A stretch of 64,000 nt of DNA, from positions 12,847,872 to 12,911,871 of the forward strand of contig NC_057719.1 of NCBI RefSeq assembly GCF_004010195.1. The letters run 5' to 3'. A program made the translations under genes and the position numbers. The notes under the pieces were generated by a model that was not told the DNA's origin, ran no database searches, and saw only the letters and a list, made by a program, of their open reading frames with translations. Shown here in pieces: positions 1 to 12,238 of the stretch. The DNA is from Chiloscyllium plagiosum. Lineage: Eukaryota. Numbering within the stretch: position 1 is the stretch's first letter; each line of letters starts with the position of its first letter.

Positions 1-230
1 ACCTCTCCGCCCCCACCCCCTCTCCGGCCTATCACCCTCACCCTCACCTCCTTCCACCTATTGTATTCCCAGTGCCCCTCTCCCAAATTCCCTCCCCCCT
101 ACCTTTTATCTCAGCCCGCTTGGCACACCAGCCTCATTCCTGAAGAAGGGCTTATGCCCGAAACGTCGATTCTCCTGCTCCTCGGATGCTGCCTGGCCTG
201 CTGTGTTTTTCCAGCACCACATTTTTCAAC
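1..230 (+). mobile_element. PLE terminal repeat, family A, with hammerhead-like core (140-167)
   Basis: C-rich tract, then CTGAAGA-A-GGGC-TTAT-GCCC-GAA-ACGT-C and the shared tail gattctcctgctcctcggatgctgcctg...ttttccagca. Confidence 0.7.
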
Positions 231-647
231 TGTGCCATGATGTGTTGCAAGTAGCTGACCGATGCACTTGGCCAATGTGGTGCTGCTGCTGTGTCGACTC
301 TAAATCGTTCTCCTTGTCTGATGCTTCCCTGAGGGGCTAGCACAGGGGGCAGAGGTCTGAGAGGTTAAGGCTGTTGATATGTTCCTCAATAGACCACACT
401 CCCTCTCCAGATGCAATGATACCCCAACCCAACCATACCCTTGTAGTAGTTACATTTCATCATCTTTGGATACTTGGGCAGCCGAGCTGTGGGCTGTCAG
501 AAAGGGGCAGAAAGGCACATCCACCCTGAGAGGCCAATGTATCCATATTAGGCTGGTGTGACTGGACCCTGATTCTATTGGGTCACTGATGTTACCTGTT
601 ATAATAGTAAAACCAACCCTCGTACAGGCTTGTATCCATCCGCTGTG

Positions 648-862
648 TGGGTCAGTTTAGCTCAGTTGGCTGGATAGCTGATTTGTGATGCAGAGTTAAT
701 GCCAACAATGTGGGTTCAATTTCTGCACTGGCTGAGTCTCTCAGTCATAAAGAATCTCCTTCTCAACCTCCTCCTTTGCCTGAGGTCTGGTGACTCTCAG
801 GTTAAACCACCTCCTGCTATCTGCCTCTAATGAGCTAGCAGGACTATGGCAAGTTTACTTTG
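648..862 (+). mobile_element. tRNA-derived SINE, unassigned family (other copies 8569-8785 + and 55705-55915 -)
   Basis: A-box TAGCTCAGTTGG, B-box-like GGTTCAATT; body cctgaggt..ggtgac..tcaggttaaacc shared by three copies. Confidence 0.65.
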
Positions 863-2221
863 GTCTATATTCCTTGTCCCAACTTAACACCCTAATCCAA
901 GAGCAGCAATGAAAGACTTGCATTTATATAGTGCTTTTCACAACCTCTGGAGGTCTCAAAGGACCAATGACATTCTGTTCTGTAACACAACAGTCAATTG
1001 TCCCTTAGAATTATAACAAGTAATGTGATAATGCCCAGATAATTTGTTATTTTGTTTGCGATATTGAGAACTAGATGTTGACCAGGGCACCAGGGAGAAA
1101 TCCTCTAGTCTCTTTCAAAATGGTGACAGCTTGTAAATGCATGTGAGCAAACAGATAGTGGCTCTTTTGAAAGATGGCGTCCCTGGCATTGCTGTACTCC
1201 CTCAGCACTGCATGGAGTGTCGGCCTTGGGCTATCGCTGTGGAGAGGGACTTGAATCCCAAAAGTTGTTATCCAGAAGTAAGGCAACTTTTATCTGAGCC
1301 ACAAGCAGCTCTGATAATGAATATTGGTCATACTAGCCAGTGTCACCTCGCCAATGACACCTACACTCTGTGAATGAATATTTTTTTAAAAACACATTAT
1401 TTGGGCACATTTGAATTGTAGGTGAGATACTGCTTTCTTCGGGGTGATTACTATGTTTTAATCCTTAGATATTCCGTATGTGTGAGATTAGATTAGATTA
1501 GATTAGATTGCCCACAGTGTGGAAACAGGCCCTTTGGCCCAACCAGTTCACACCGACCCACCGAAGAGCAATGTTTATCAGAATTGCTTGTGTTCCATAG
1601 GGGGGAATGATCTGTTTGAATATGAGTGCAGAACCGTGTGCAAATGAGTTTCTGGCGTTTCTTCATTTGTAGCTGGGGTTGGTATGTGGAAAAATGCAAC
1701 CTTTATTATCAGGCTCGGCATGGGATAATCCTCATCGATTCTGTCCACACATCTGTATCTTCTTTGCACAGCCCTTTATTAAGTTTACACCCTACCTATA
1801 ACAGGCTGTAGAAATTGCTGCAATCACCAGCCAATTCTTCCTCCTCACATCGTAGGAGAAATCAATGACTCCTTCCTCTTGTGTCACATGGGTCCAGAGA
1901 TACTACACAAATCTGACAACTTGATTCCAAAGTAAGCCTAAAGACACCTTGTTTGACAAATAATTGACCACAATTAGCAGCTAAAGTAATGGCCAGACTT
2001 ATGAATCTTACCATTTTTAATGCACCAATGTTGCAGCAACTTCCCTGCCAGAGGTAAACGTTAAACTCAAGCATCCAGAAATGGCTCACTCTATGGTGAA
2101 CTTTTCCAAAAATGGCAATTCGCTGCCTGTCTCACCATTCAACACATTGTCTGGGGTGAAGCTGCTGTATTTACACAGTAGATACATTCAAATTCACAAA
2201 GTGAGTTCAGCATTCTCCATT

Positions 2222-2315
2222 TCTGGATGTAGGTTTGCTCGCTGAGCCGAAAGGTTCATTTCCAGGCATTTTGTTACCTTACTAGGTGACATCTTCAGTG
2301 GGCCTCACGCGAAGC
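2222..2315 (-). mobile_element. PLE terminal fragment, family D (Poseidon-like), decayed hammerhead-like core
   Basis: Homologous to 51085-51195; minus strand reads CA-CTGAAGA-T-GTCACC-TAGTAA-GGTAAC-AAAA. Confidence 0.6.
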
Positions 2316-4974
2316 CAATTTTCCATTTCTCTCTCATCCATTTTAATGAAGTGTTAAACATTGATTCCTACCAAGTAACACCTCTAGCACCGACAAATGA
2401 ACAATTACGATTGTGTAATCTCATTATTTCAGCCTTTAATTGTTGTTGGAGATTTTCCAAAAGTAACATTTTTTTTGAAAACAGCATAAAATGCATATCT
2501 TTTGGAACAAAAGAACTGAACCAGAATCAGTCGGTGATAACTTATCAACCCCATTCAGAAAGGGAGGGAAGTCCAGGCAGATCTTTAATAATCAATTTAT
2601 GGGAGAATGGGCTACACTCAAAGAAATGGACACATTCCACAGGTTGATTTAGTAAGAACTTGAAGATCCACAAGATGGAAACATAAAAAACAGGATTGTA
2701 ACCTGAAAGTTTATTCCCAATAGAACAGGTTATTAGATCACTGATCATTTCCATACACTACTCATCATTTGAGTTGCAGTGGCAACTGGACAATCTTTCT
2801 CTGAGAGCGAAATGACTTTCTAAGTCTGAAAACGAGAACTACTTTGCTGAAGAGAAACATGACCTTACAGATTTTAATTTAGGAGAATGAGAGTTGACCT
2901 CATCGAAGCAGGTAGGATTCCTAAGAGGCTTGACAGGGTAAATGCTGATGGGGATGCTAATCCACGTGGGAGAGTCTAGAACCAGAGGGTATGGTCTTAG
3001 GACAAAGGGGCACCAGTTTAAGACTGAAGTAAGGTGGAATTTCTTCTCTCAGAGGAGTGTGAGCCTTTGGAACTCATTTCCGCAGAGAGCTGTGGGGGCA
3101 GTGTCCTTGCGAGTATATTTAAGGTTCAGATAGATTCCTGATCAGTAACAGAATCAAGGGTTACAGGGAAAGGGCAGGAAAGTGAATGGCGGAGCAGGCT
3201 CAAGGTCCAATTGGCCTACTCCTGTTCCCATTTCTAATGGTCTATGCTCGTATGGTATACACTGAGTATAAATGTAGTACAATTCAGTAGGCCATTTAGC
3301 TTTTACCTAAAGACCCTGTGAATAGATTGGTTATTCAAGTATCTCAAATGGTGAACAACCATAGGTTGAGCCTAAGTTCATATCCATGTCAGAGACGGGA
3401 AATTTGAAAGAAGGCTCTTGTCTAGGAAGAATATGCCTCCACTGGGTGTGGATCCCGTGGAAGACAGATCAGCTAAAGGCACGCTCTTTGTTTTGGAGGC
3501 TTGAAATATTGTGAACGTGAGCCTGCTTGTGTCCCAGATCTAAACCTAATCCAGATAAACCATTTTTTTTGTCTGTGCTTCATAGTGCATTGTAAGGCAA
3601 AGGGACAGATAAAAACCCATAACCTGATGAAGACAGAATGGAGGTTTGGACAATTGCTGAAGAAACAATCAAAACTTAGGTTTGAGCAGGAAGGCTATTG
3701 GACAACAACACAATGGATGGTGGGTCTCTAGGGTGTCACCACTTCTCCCTCAGCTCATTGCAATTTCTAAAGTATGAAAATCTCATGCTCTCATTATCTC
3801 ATTGTTTGCTAAATGCATTCTCTGATGTCTGATATCAGTTGAATGGAGCTGGAAAGTCTTGGAATGTAAAACCTTTGTAAATCTTGTACATACTGTGGCC
3901 CACACTCTGCTGGGGTATCCTGAATATTGATATATATCAAATTGTAGTTATTAAAATTATGTGTTTCTTGTTTGAATTTCTGTATAAAAAAAGACAGAAG
4001 ATCGCGGTCACATCAGAAAAATAAATAAGTGGTGCAATGAGCATTTGCTGAAGATCTAAACTTGGATTTTCTTTTTGGAATTTATGGTCTGACAATCAAC
4101 GAAGGACCTCTAGGGCAGTAGATCCCTCCGAGCATCACCGGAGCACAATTAGTTACAAGAGGCAACTTGCCTCACATGGCTGAAAGTAGCAACACAGAGG
4201 AAGATCCCAATCCCTCTGTGAAACCTTAACTCCATTTAAGTATCACATTGTGTGTGTGTGTGTGTGTGCGCGCATGCACGCACGCATGTGAGAGTGTTCT
4301 GTAAACATCCCATCAGGAAAGACCATTTGGCCCATCAAGTCTAGTCCTTTCTCTCATTTAAACAATGCAAACCACTCCATTCCTCCATCCCAGCCATAAA
4401 ACCTTCAGGGGAAATATTCTGAACAGATTAAAGCACAAATTCAAAGATAAATCGAGCATAACATTTGGCTGCTTGCCCAGACCTAACCCCTACATTATAC
4501 ATTGAGACCCCATTGCATTTCTTGGCACGATATTCCATCAATTCAAGAGGTCTATTGATGGAGGGGGAAGCTTTCCTTTGGTCCAGTTACAAACCAATTG
4601 GTGAGAATTCGGTGGTCATTACAAAAATAGTGAGGAGCAAGACCAATGAGGGATTTGTACACAGCAATGAGTAGACACAAACATCGAGATCAAATCATAG
4701 GAGGACCCATTGATACACTTATGATGTAGGTAGAGATTGGGGAGTAGGGACTCAACAATAAATGTCAGAAAATCAGACCCCTTGCAGAGATTTCAGTCCA
4801 GAGTTAAGATCACCCCAACATCTGTCATTGAGCTGCAATACCTAAACGTGTGTATAGTAAGGTTCACTTTCAATAGAATCGTTGTGTCCAGTTCTGGGTA
4901 CTCCTCTTTAGGAAGTGAAGGCATTGGAGAGAGCACAGACCAGATGGACCTCAGCCCGGAGTTCTGAAGGAGAT

Positions 4975-6022
4975 ATCTGAAGAGATAGTGGAGATGTTAG
5001 TGGTGATCGTTCAGGAATTACTGGAGTCAGGGAGGGTCCCAGAGGACTGGAAGATCTCTAATGTAATCCCCCTTTCTAAGAAGGGAGTAAGGAAAAGATG
5101 GGAAATTACAGACTGATTAGTCTGACCTTGGTCATTGGTAAGTGTTTGGAGTCCATTGTGAAGGATGTGATTTCTGAATACTTGGAGGTGCATGGTAAAA
5201 CAGGGCAAAGTTAGCATGGTTTCATCAGGGGGAGGTCATGCCTGACAAATCTGTTAGAATTCTTTGAGGAAGTAATGAGCAGGTTAGACCAAGGAGAAAC
5301 AATGGATGTTATCTACCTGTAGTTCAAGAAGGCCTTTGACAAGGTGCTGCACAGGAGGCTGCAGAGTTAGATAAGGGCCCATGGTGTTAGAGACAAGGTG
5401 CTAGCATGGATAGAAGCTTGGCTGTCTGGCAGAAAGCAGAGCGTGGGATAAAAGGGCCTTTCTCAGGATGGCAGCCGGTGACAAGTGGTATTCCGCAAAG
5501 GTCAGTGTATTGGCCCTCGAGTGGGTCCAGAAGAGGTTCACAAGAATGGTCCCATGAATGAAAGGCTTAACATATAAGGAACGTTTGAGGACTCTGTGTC
5601 CATAGCCGATGGAGTTTAGAAGGATGAGGGGGTATCTGATTGAAACTTATAGAATACTGTACGGCCTGAATAGAGTGGACATTGGGAAGGTGCCAACAAT
5701 TACAGGATTGGTAGGAGAGACTAGGACCCAAGCACACAGCCTTGGAGAAGACTTTTAGAACAAAGATAAGGAGAAACTTCTTCAGCCAGAGAATGGCAAA
5801 TCTATGCAATTCATTGCCACAGAAGGGTGTGGAGGCCAGGTCATTGAATATATTTAAGACAGAGATAGATAGGTTCTTGATTGTCAAGGGGCTCAAAGGT
5901 TATGGGGAGAAGGCGGGAGAATGGGGATGAGAAATGTATCAGTCATGATTGGATGGAGGAGCAGACTCGATGGGCTGAATGGCCTAACATCTGTTCCTAT
6001 GTCTTATGACCTTATGGTCTTA
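4975..6022 (+). mobile_element. CR1 LINE fragment (RT region plus 3' tail)
   Basis: Decayed RT motifs (VPEDWKISNVIPL, HGFIRGRSCLTNLLEFFEEV, KAFDKV) and tail gtcttatgaccttatggtctta. Confidence 0.85.
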
Positions 6023-7123
6023 AGGTCTAACAACACTCAAGAAGCTTGACACCATCCGGGACAAAGCAACTCTGCTTGATTCGTTCCACATCCACAAGCA
6101 CTCCCTCTACCACTGATGCTCAGCAGCAGCAGTGTGTACTATCTACAAGATGCACTGCAGAAATTCACCAAAGATCCTGAGACAACACCTTCCAAATGCA
6201 TGACCACTTCCATCTAGAAGGAGAAAAGCAGCAGATACATGGGACAACCTCACTTGCTAGGTTATGGGGAAACTGCAGGAGAATGGGGTTGAGAAACCTT
6301 TCAGCCATGATTGAATGGCGGATTAGACCTGATGAGCTCAGCGGCCTAATTTCTGCTCTTCTGTCTTATGGTCTTATAAAAATCTGACGGGAATGTCCCA
6401 AAGATGGAAAACGCCTGTGAAGTAGATAAACTTTAGAAGCTGGAATTTGAAGAGCAAGTTAGCACAGAATTTGCTGAAAATATTTGTAACTATGAAAATC
6501 CTGGACAGCATAGGTAGGTAGGAAGGTATCCCGTTTGGTGGGAGGATTGTAAACAACAGTGTAGAGGTTTAAGGCATTTGGAAAATGAACATGAGGGACA
6601 TGAGGGACACTTTTTTTCATGCAACAAGTGGTTAGGTCTGGAATACATGGCCAGAGAGTTGGAGGCATGTCTACTTGAGGCTTCAAAAGAGAGCTGATTA
6701 TCTTAAACCAAAGAATATGCATGGCAATGGGAAGAAGATGCAGGAGTGACACTAGGTGCACTCCTGCAGAGAGCCAGTGCAATCACAATGGGCTCAATGA
6801 CCACCTTCTATGCCGTAACAATTCTGTGACAGGTACAAGTTTTAGTGAGTGATGCACTGATCACCCTCAAATCATTACTCTCTCCTGGCCCCTTGCTTCT
6901 TGGAATTAGGCAACTGGTTTCTCACAAAATACTAGTTGGCGACACAGGGAAGGTGGTCATAAATGTGTGAATGGAATGGAGCAAGCAGTGGAGGGAAAAA
7001 TACTATCAGTCAGACTTTATAGTGTTCAATATGGCTTTATTCTCACAGCTACTGGGTAACTTTTCACTAGACAACAGCAAAATCTGATTGCAATACTGGA
7101 GCTGGTCTGTTAGTGTATTGGAG

Positions 7124-7338
7124 TCGAGAGTGGGGTGCTGGAAAAGCACAGCAGGTCAGGCAGCCTCTGAGGAGTAGGAGAATCAACGATTCGGGTGAGA
7201 CCCCTTTCTGATGAAGCATCTTGCCCCTTGTCCGAAACGTCGATTTTCCTGCTCCTTGGATGCCGCCTGAACTGCTGTGCTTTTCCAGCACTACACCCGC
7301 AACTCTGATCTCCAGCATCTGCAGTCCGCACTTTCTCC
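7124..7338. mobile_element. Palindromic PLE derivative, family A, 17-bp TSD
   Basis: Inverted arms gtgctggaaaagcacagcagg.../...ctgctgtgcttttccagcac; flanking direct repeat CTGTTAGTGTATTGGAG (7107-7123) / CTGTTAATGTATTGGAG (7339-7355). Confidence 0.8.
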
Positions 7339-9611
7339 CTGTTAATGTATTGGAGCCCACCTTAAAGGTAAATTATTACTGCCCAAAAGGCCGGATGATG
7401 AAAGTGAATAATTGTAAAGAAAAGCTTGCACATATCAACAGCATTTTTTTACTCACCACAAGACAGCCCGAAGCAATGAAATGTGGTCGCTATTGTGTTG
7501 TAGAAATTGCAGCAGCTAGTTTGAGTACAGCAAGCTCCCATTAACAAAAGTGAACTAATAGTCAGCCGTTGCTTGGAATCGTTGGTTGAGGGATACATAT
7601 TGAGCAGGACACTGGACAGAACAACAGGCCTTCTCCAAAGAAGTGACAGGAGTTCTTTTCCTTCACTAGAAAGAAGCCACTCCGACAGTGCTGCACCCCC
7701 TCAGTGTTGTGAAAAGGGACTTGAACCTTCATACTTGGGTGTGAGGGAAAATCCCATAGAGACACAACCTGAATGGAACAGGCTTCCACCATGTTGAGAC
7801 TGACAATAAGCTGTTTCCTATGGAATCCAAACACGTCCTACGGTGTCTCAGTTGCAGCACACACATTGCTGCGGTTGGGATCTTGCTGTGCATGACATGG
7901 TTGTCCTGTTTCCAACAATGATAAGAGTGGATGTACTTGGACAGCAGATCATTGGGCTGTAGACATGTTTTGTCGTGCCTGGAGGTTATGCAAGTTCATT
8001 TGTTCCTTTATTCTGACACTAGATTCCAGATGGCAGTTTCTGAAAGATTCCACCAGGGGGCACCCATTTCTAGTCAAGTCACAATGACCACTTCAGGGAT
8101 GAGTTGTCAGGATGTATCACCAGTACAATGAGAGAAGATCTGAGGAAACTGAATGACATACATTGTTTTAAATTATAAAAGTCCGCTGAAGCAACAGGTA
8201 ATGAGAGGGTCACTGATTGTTGCCAGACAACACACTGAAGCAAGCACTCAGATTTAATTCACTCAAAATCCATTCACCGGCACAGGTGAAATCATGTTCT
8301 CAGTATTTAAAGATGAATATCCAGAAAAAGGTTGTCTTTTTAATAGTCATTTGCCGGATGTGGATGTCACTGGGTCAGCCAACATTTATTGCCCATCCCT
8401 CATTGCCCGGGAGAAGGAGATAGTGAGCAACATTCATAAACTGCTACAGTCCATGTGCTACAGGGACACCCAGAGTGCTGTTAGGAAGAGAGCTCCAAGA
8501 CTCAGAGCCAGCGACAGTGGAGGAAGTCAGGATGGTAAGTGATTTGGAGAGTGACATGCAGATGGCAGTGGGACTGGTTTAGCTCAGTTGGCTGGATGGC
8601 TGATTTGCATTCACTGTTGTGAGGCCAACAGTGTAGGTTCAATTTGTGCCCCAGCTGAGGTTACCATGGAGGACCTCTCCCTTGTCGACCTCTCCCCTCA
8701 CCTGAGGTGTGGTGACCTTCAGGTTAAACCAGCTGTGCGTCTCTAGTGACAGGACAATCCTTTGTTCCTGTAGGACTATAGTACCGTTAGATCACCTATG
8801 TATCTACTGCCCTTGTCCTTCTGGGTAGTAGAGATCATAGATTTGGAAGATGTTGTCAAAGGAGCCTTGGCTGGCAGATAGTGCCTACACTGCTGCCACT
8901 CTGCATTAGCAGTGGTGAGAATGAATGCTTAAAGTGGGGGATTGGGTCCAAATCAAATAAGCTGCTTTGTCCTGGATGGTGTCGAGCTCCTTCAGTGTTG
9001 TTGGAGCTGCACCCATCTAGGCAAGTGGGTCACCAATTGCACTCTTTGGTTTTGCTGCTTTGTATAAAACAATAACAAACAAAAGATATTGCAATTATGT
9101 CGTCCTTTTCCTGACCAGATGTCCTAAATGGCTGCATAGCTAACAAAGTACCTTTGAAAGGTTATAACTAATGTGATTCAGGAAACACAACTATACATTT
9201 CCACTCGTGAGAATCCAGAAGATGAGATGAGAAAAATAATCAAATAAATTTGCTTTATAGAAGACATCAAAGAGCAGGACTGGGTATGCTTCTGCTCTTA
9301 GTATTATATATGACAATCAGCACAGAATTAGGTCATTCAGACTACTGGCTATTTCAGTCTCTATACAAGTCTCCTCCCAACTCCTTTTGTCTACCTAATG
9401 AGTTGTTGTTTTAATCCTTTCTTATGCACACATCTTTCCCTTGAACAGATCAACTTTATCAACTATATCCAGTGGTATTGAAATCCACATTCTCACCACT
9501 ACCTGGATGAAAATGTTCTGCCTGAATTTCTTCTTGTATTTGTTATCCATTTCATCTAAGGCCCCTAGTTCTAGTTTTATCTTCCCCAACAAGAGGAAGG
9601 AAACATCTACT

Positions 9612-10155
9612 TCATTGGTTAGGCCACTTTTGGAATATTGCGTGCAATTCTGGTCTCCCTGCTATAGGAAGGAGGTTGTGAAACTTGAAAGATTTACAAG
9701 AATGCTGCCAGTGTTGGAGGGCTTGAGCTATAGGCAGGGGCTGAACAGGCTGGGGCTGTTTTCCCTGGAGCGCTGGAGGATGAGGTGTGACCTTTTAGAG
9801 GTTTATAAAATCATGAGAGACATGGATAGGATAAATAGACAAAGTCTTTTCCTCAGAATAGTAGAGTCCAAAACTAGAGGGCATAGGTTTAAGATGTGAG
9901 GGGAAAGATTTAAGGGCAATTTATTCATGTAGAGGGTGGTACGTGTATGGAATAACCTGCCAGTGGAAGTGGTGGAGGCTGGTACAATTTCAACATTTAA
10001 AAGGCATCTGGATGGGTACATGAATAGGAAGGGTTTAGAGGGATATGGACCCAAGTGCTGGGAAATGGGACTAGATTAAACTTTACCCTTCCACCTCGGC
10101 ATGGACGAGTTGGGCCGAAGGGTCTGTTTCTGTCTGTACATCTCTATCACTCTAT
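9612..10155 (+). mobile_element. CR1 LINE 3' fragment
   Basis: LVRPLLEYCVQFWSP...LGLFSLE...RTRGH motifs plus the family 3' UTR ggccgaagggtctgtttc. Confidence 0.88.
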
Positions 10156-11067
10156 AAATCTGTATCTACTCTATCAAACCCTTTTGTAATCTGAATGACC
10201 TCCATCACTCACACTTCATGTTTCCACTGGAAGGCTAGAAGTTACTTTGGTGAAAATTAAGGTAAGGTTTATGTGTGATGGTGAGCCTTAGAGTATTCTA
10301 TTACTTCAGTGCTGAAACAGCAATGAGTGGGAGGTGGTAGCTTCAAACATTGGGAGGAATGAGGAGGATTGAGGGGGAGAGAATGAAGAATAATTGAATA
10401 AGGTCATGGGAGAAGAGATGAGATTATGGTTTAAACAACAATTTCACTTCGAGAAAGATGACTGTAATTGTTTGGGAATATATTAAGAATGTGAGGAGCT
10501 GGAATACTCTCAATGTAGTGATCTCAGGAATGAGGAGCTTCAGTTAGTTCCAAGGGTGAAGACATTTAGGTATTTCTTCTTGGAGAGAAGGTTGACGGGG
10601 GGGGGGGGGGGGGGTGGTGGGAGGTTGATAATAAGGGTGGGATAAACAGGTCCTATATTGGTAGAAGGATCAAGAGTCAGGGGGCACAGATGTAAGCTAA
10701 TTGGTAAGATGCTGCCAAGGGCATTAACAAGGTGGGTGGGATAGCTCTCCTGGATCAGCCCGTTCCACACGGTCAGGGTGTGGTGAAGGTAGGGTAAATG
10801 GAGGCAAAAACAGAAGTTGCTGGAAACGCTCAGCAGGTCTGGCAGTATCTGAGAAGAGAAATCAGAGTCAACATTTTGGGGTTCGGTGACCCTCAGAGGG
10901 GTCTGGATCAGTATCTGAAAGGGAACAAAAATACAGGGTTCAAAGGAAAGGGCCGAGCACTGACACCAAGCGAATGGCTCCTTCAGCCTGGCCCAGCATG
11001 GACATAGAAGTCTGAATGGCCTCCTTTTTATAAACACAAGTCCCCGTGCGCCGCCTGAAACTTTCCA

Positions 11068-11280
11068 TGATTTGGAGATGCCGGTGTTGGACTGGGGTGT
11101 ACAAAGTTAAAAATCACACAACACCAGGTTATAGTCCAACAGGTTTAATTGGAAGCACACTAGCTTTCGGAGCGATGCTCCTTCACCCACAACCACCTGA
11201 TGAAGGAGCGGCGCTCCGAAAGCTAGTGCTTCCAATTAAACCTGTTGGACTATAACCTGGTGTTGTGTGATTTGTAACTT
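11068..11280. mobile_element. Palindromic PLE derivative, family B, 12-bp TSD, intact hammerhead-like core (11197-11225)
   Basis: Inverted arms about 11103-11185 / 11201-11282; perfect TSD TGAAACTTTCCA at 11056-11067 and 11281-11292. Confidence 0.85.
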
Positions 11281-11479
11281 TGAAACTTTCCAAATATAGA
11301 TCTGATACCCACCTGAGTTTACGCCCACGGCTCTACCAGACTCTGATAGAGACTAAATAAACCTCTAGATTATCTGATCACTACCTCCCCCCTCCCCATC
11401 ATGGGCATGGGAAACAAATTCTCCCAAACACCCTCTTCATAATGGCAACTCTCGCTTTGACTCTGTGACCCAGCGAGTG

Positions 11480-11872
11480 AACTCTCCACCGCAAGCTGGC
11501 TTCCAGTTCCAATGGGCAGTAATACTGAAACCCTCCTGTAGCTGCTGTGAGAATATATATACATATTGCTTACAACTTTGGGAGCCTGCGGCTGTTTCTG
11601 ATACTGAGTGCAGATGTTGCTGGGCTCTTCCAAGAGTTAGCTCTCAGGCAGACTTGAGTTAAAGCTCAGTCTCCCCGCCCACCCACACTGGGATCTGCAG
11701 CACATATTAACAGGTTTTGCCTCTGTGTGTCTACGCCTGTGTCTGTCTGTCTCTGTGTGTGTCTATGTGTCTGTCTCTGTGTGTCTGTCTGTCTCTGTGT
11801 GTGTCTATGTGTCTGTCTCTGTGTGTGCCTGCGGAATTGGCCGGATAGAGTTCCCTCCCTGCTCTCCCCACT
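11480..11872 (+). promoter_or_regulatory. Putative ACSS1 proximal promoter / 5' UTR
   Basis: Lies just upstream of the CpG-enriched exon 1; CCAAT at 11509-11513, GC-box/CACCC motif CCCCGCCCACCC at 11673-11684. The TSS cannot be determined from sequence. Confidence 0.45.
11720..11827. repeat. Compound (TG/TC) microsatellite just upstream of the ACSS1 ATG
   Basis: Repeated gtgtctgtctgtctctgtgtgtgtctatgtgtctgtctct units. Confidence 0.85.
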
Positions 11873-12182
11873 ATGAAGTTGCTCCGAGCTGCTTGCTCTC
11901 CCCTCCAGCTCCTGCTCCCTGCCCAAGCCGCTGCTCACACCCCCCGGCTCCGGGCTTGTTGCACTTTCAGTGTCACTGCCTACATGCCCGAAGCGGCAGC
12001 TTTCCCCGGGGTCCGGGATTACCCGGGGCTCCGCGATTACTCGGTGCAACAGCCCGACAGTTTCTGGGGAGCCCTAGCCCAGGGCAGACTCTACTGGATC
12101 AGCCCGTTCCACACGGTCAGCGACTGCGACCTGAGCCAGGGCACCATCCGCTGGTTCCAGGGGGGACGCCTCAATGTCTCAG
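11873..12182 (+). CDS. ACSS1: ACSS1 coding exon 1 (presequence plus N-terminal domain)
   Basis: ATG at 11873 with A at -3; MKLLRAACS...SVQQPDSFWG...IRWFQGGRLNVS; donor AG|GTAAGT at 12182/12183; 310 nt, phase 1. Confidence 0.9.
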
Positions 12183-12238
12183 GTAAGTGGCACCCACCTG
12201 CACTTCTCATCGCCTGCAAACTTTCCCCTTCCACCTCT

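Noticed and set aside
3250..4120. Possible solo LTR
   Set aside because: Only compositional resemblance; no second copy, TSD or PBS could be identified.
11068..11280. Classifying the palindromes as DNA-transposon MITEs or pre-miRNA genes
   Set aside because: Variable long TSDs, asymmetric arms and linkage to PLE endonuclease remnants favour a Penelope-like origin; no miRNA evidence is available from sequence.
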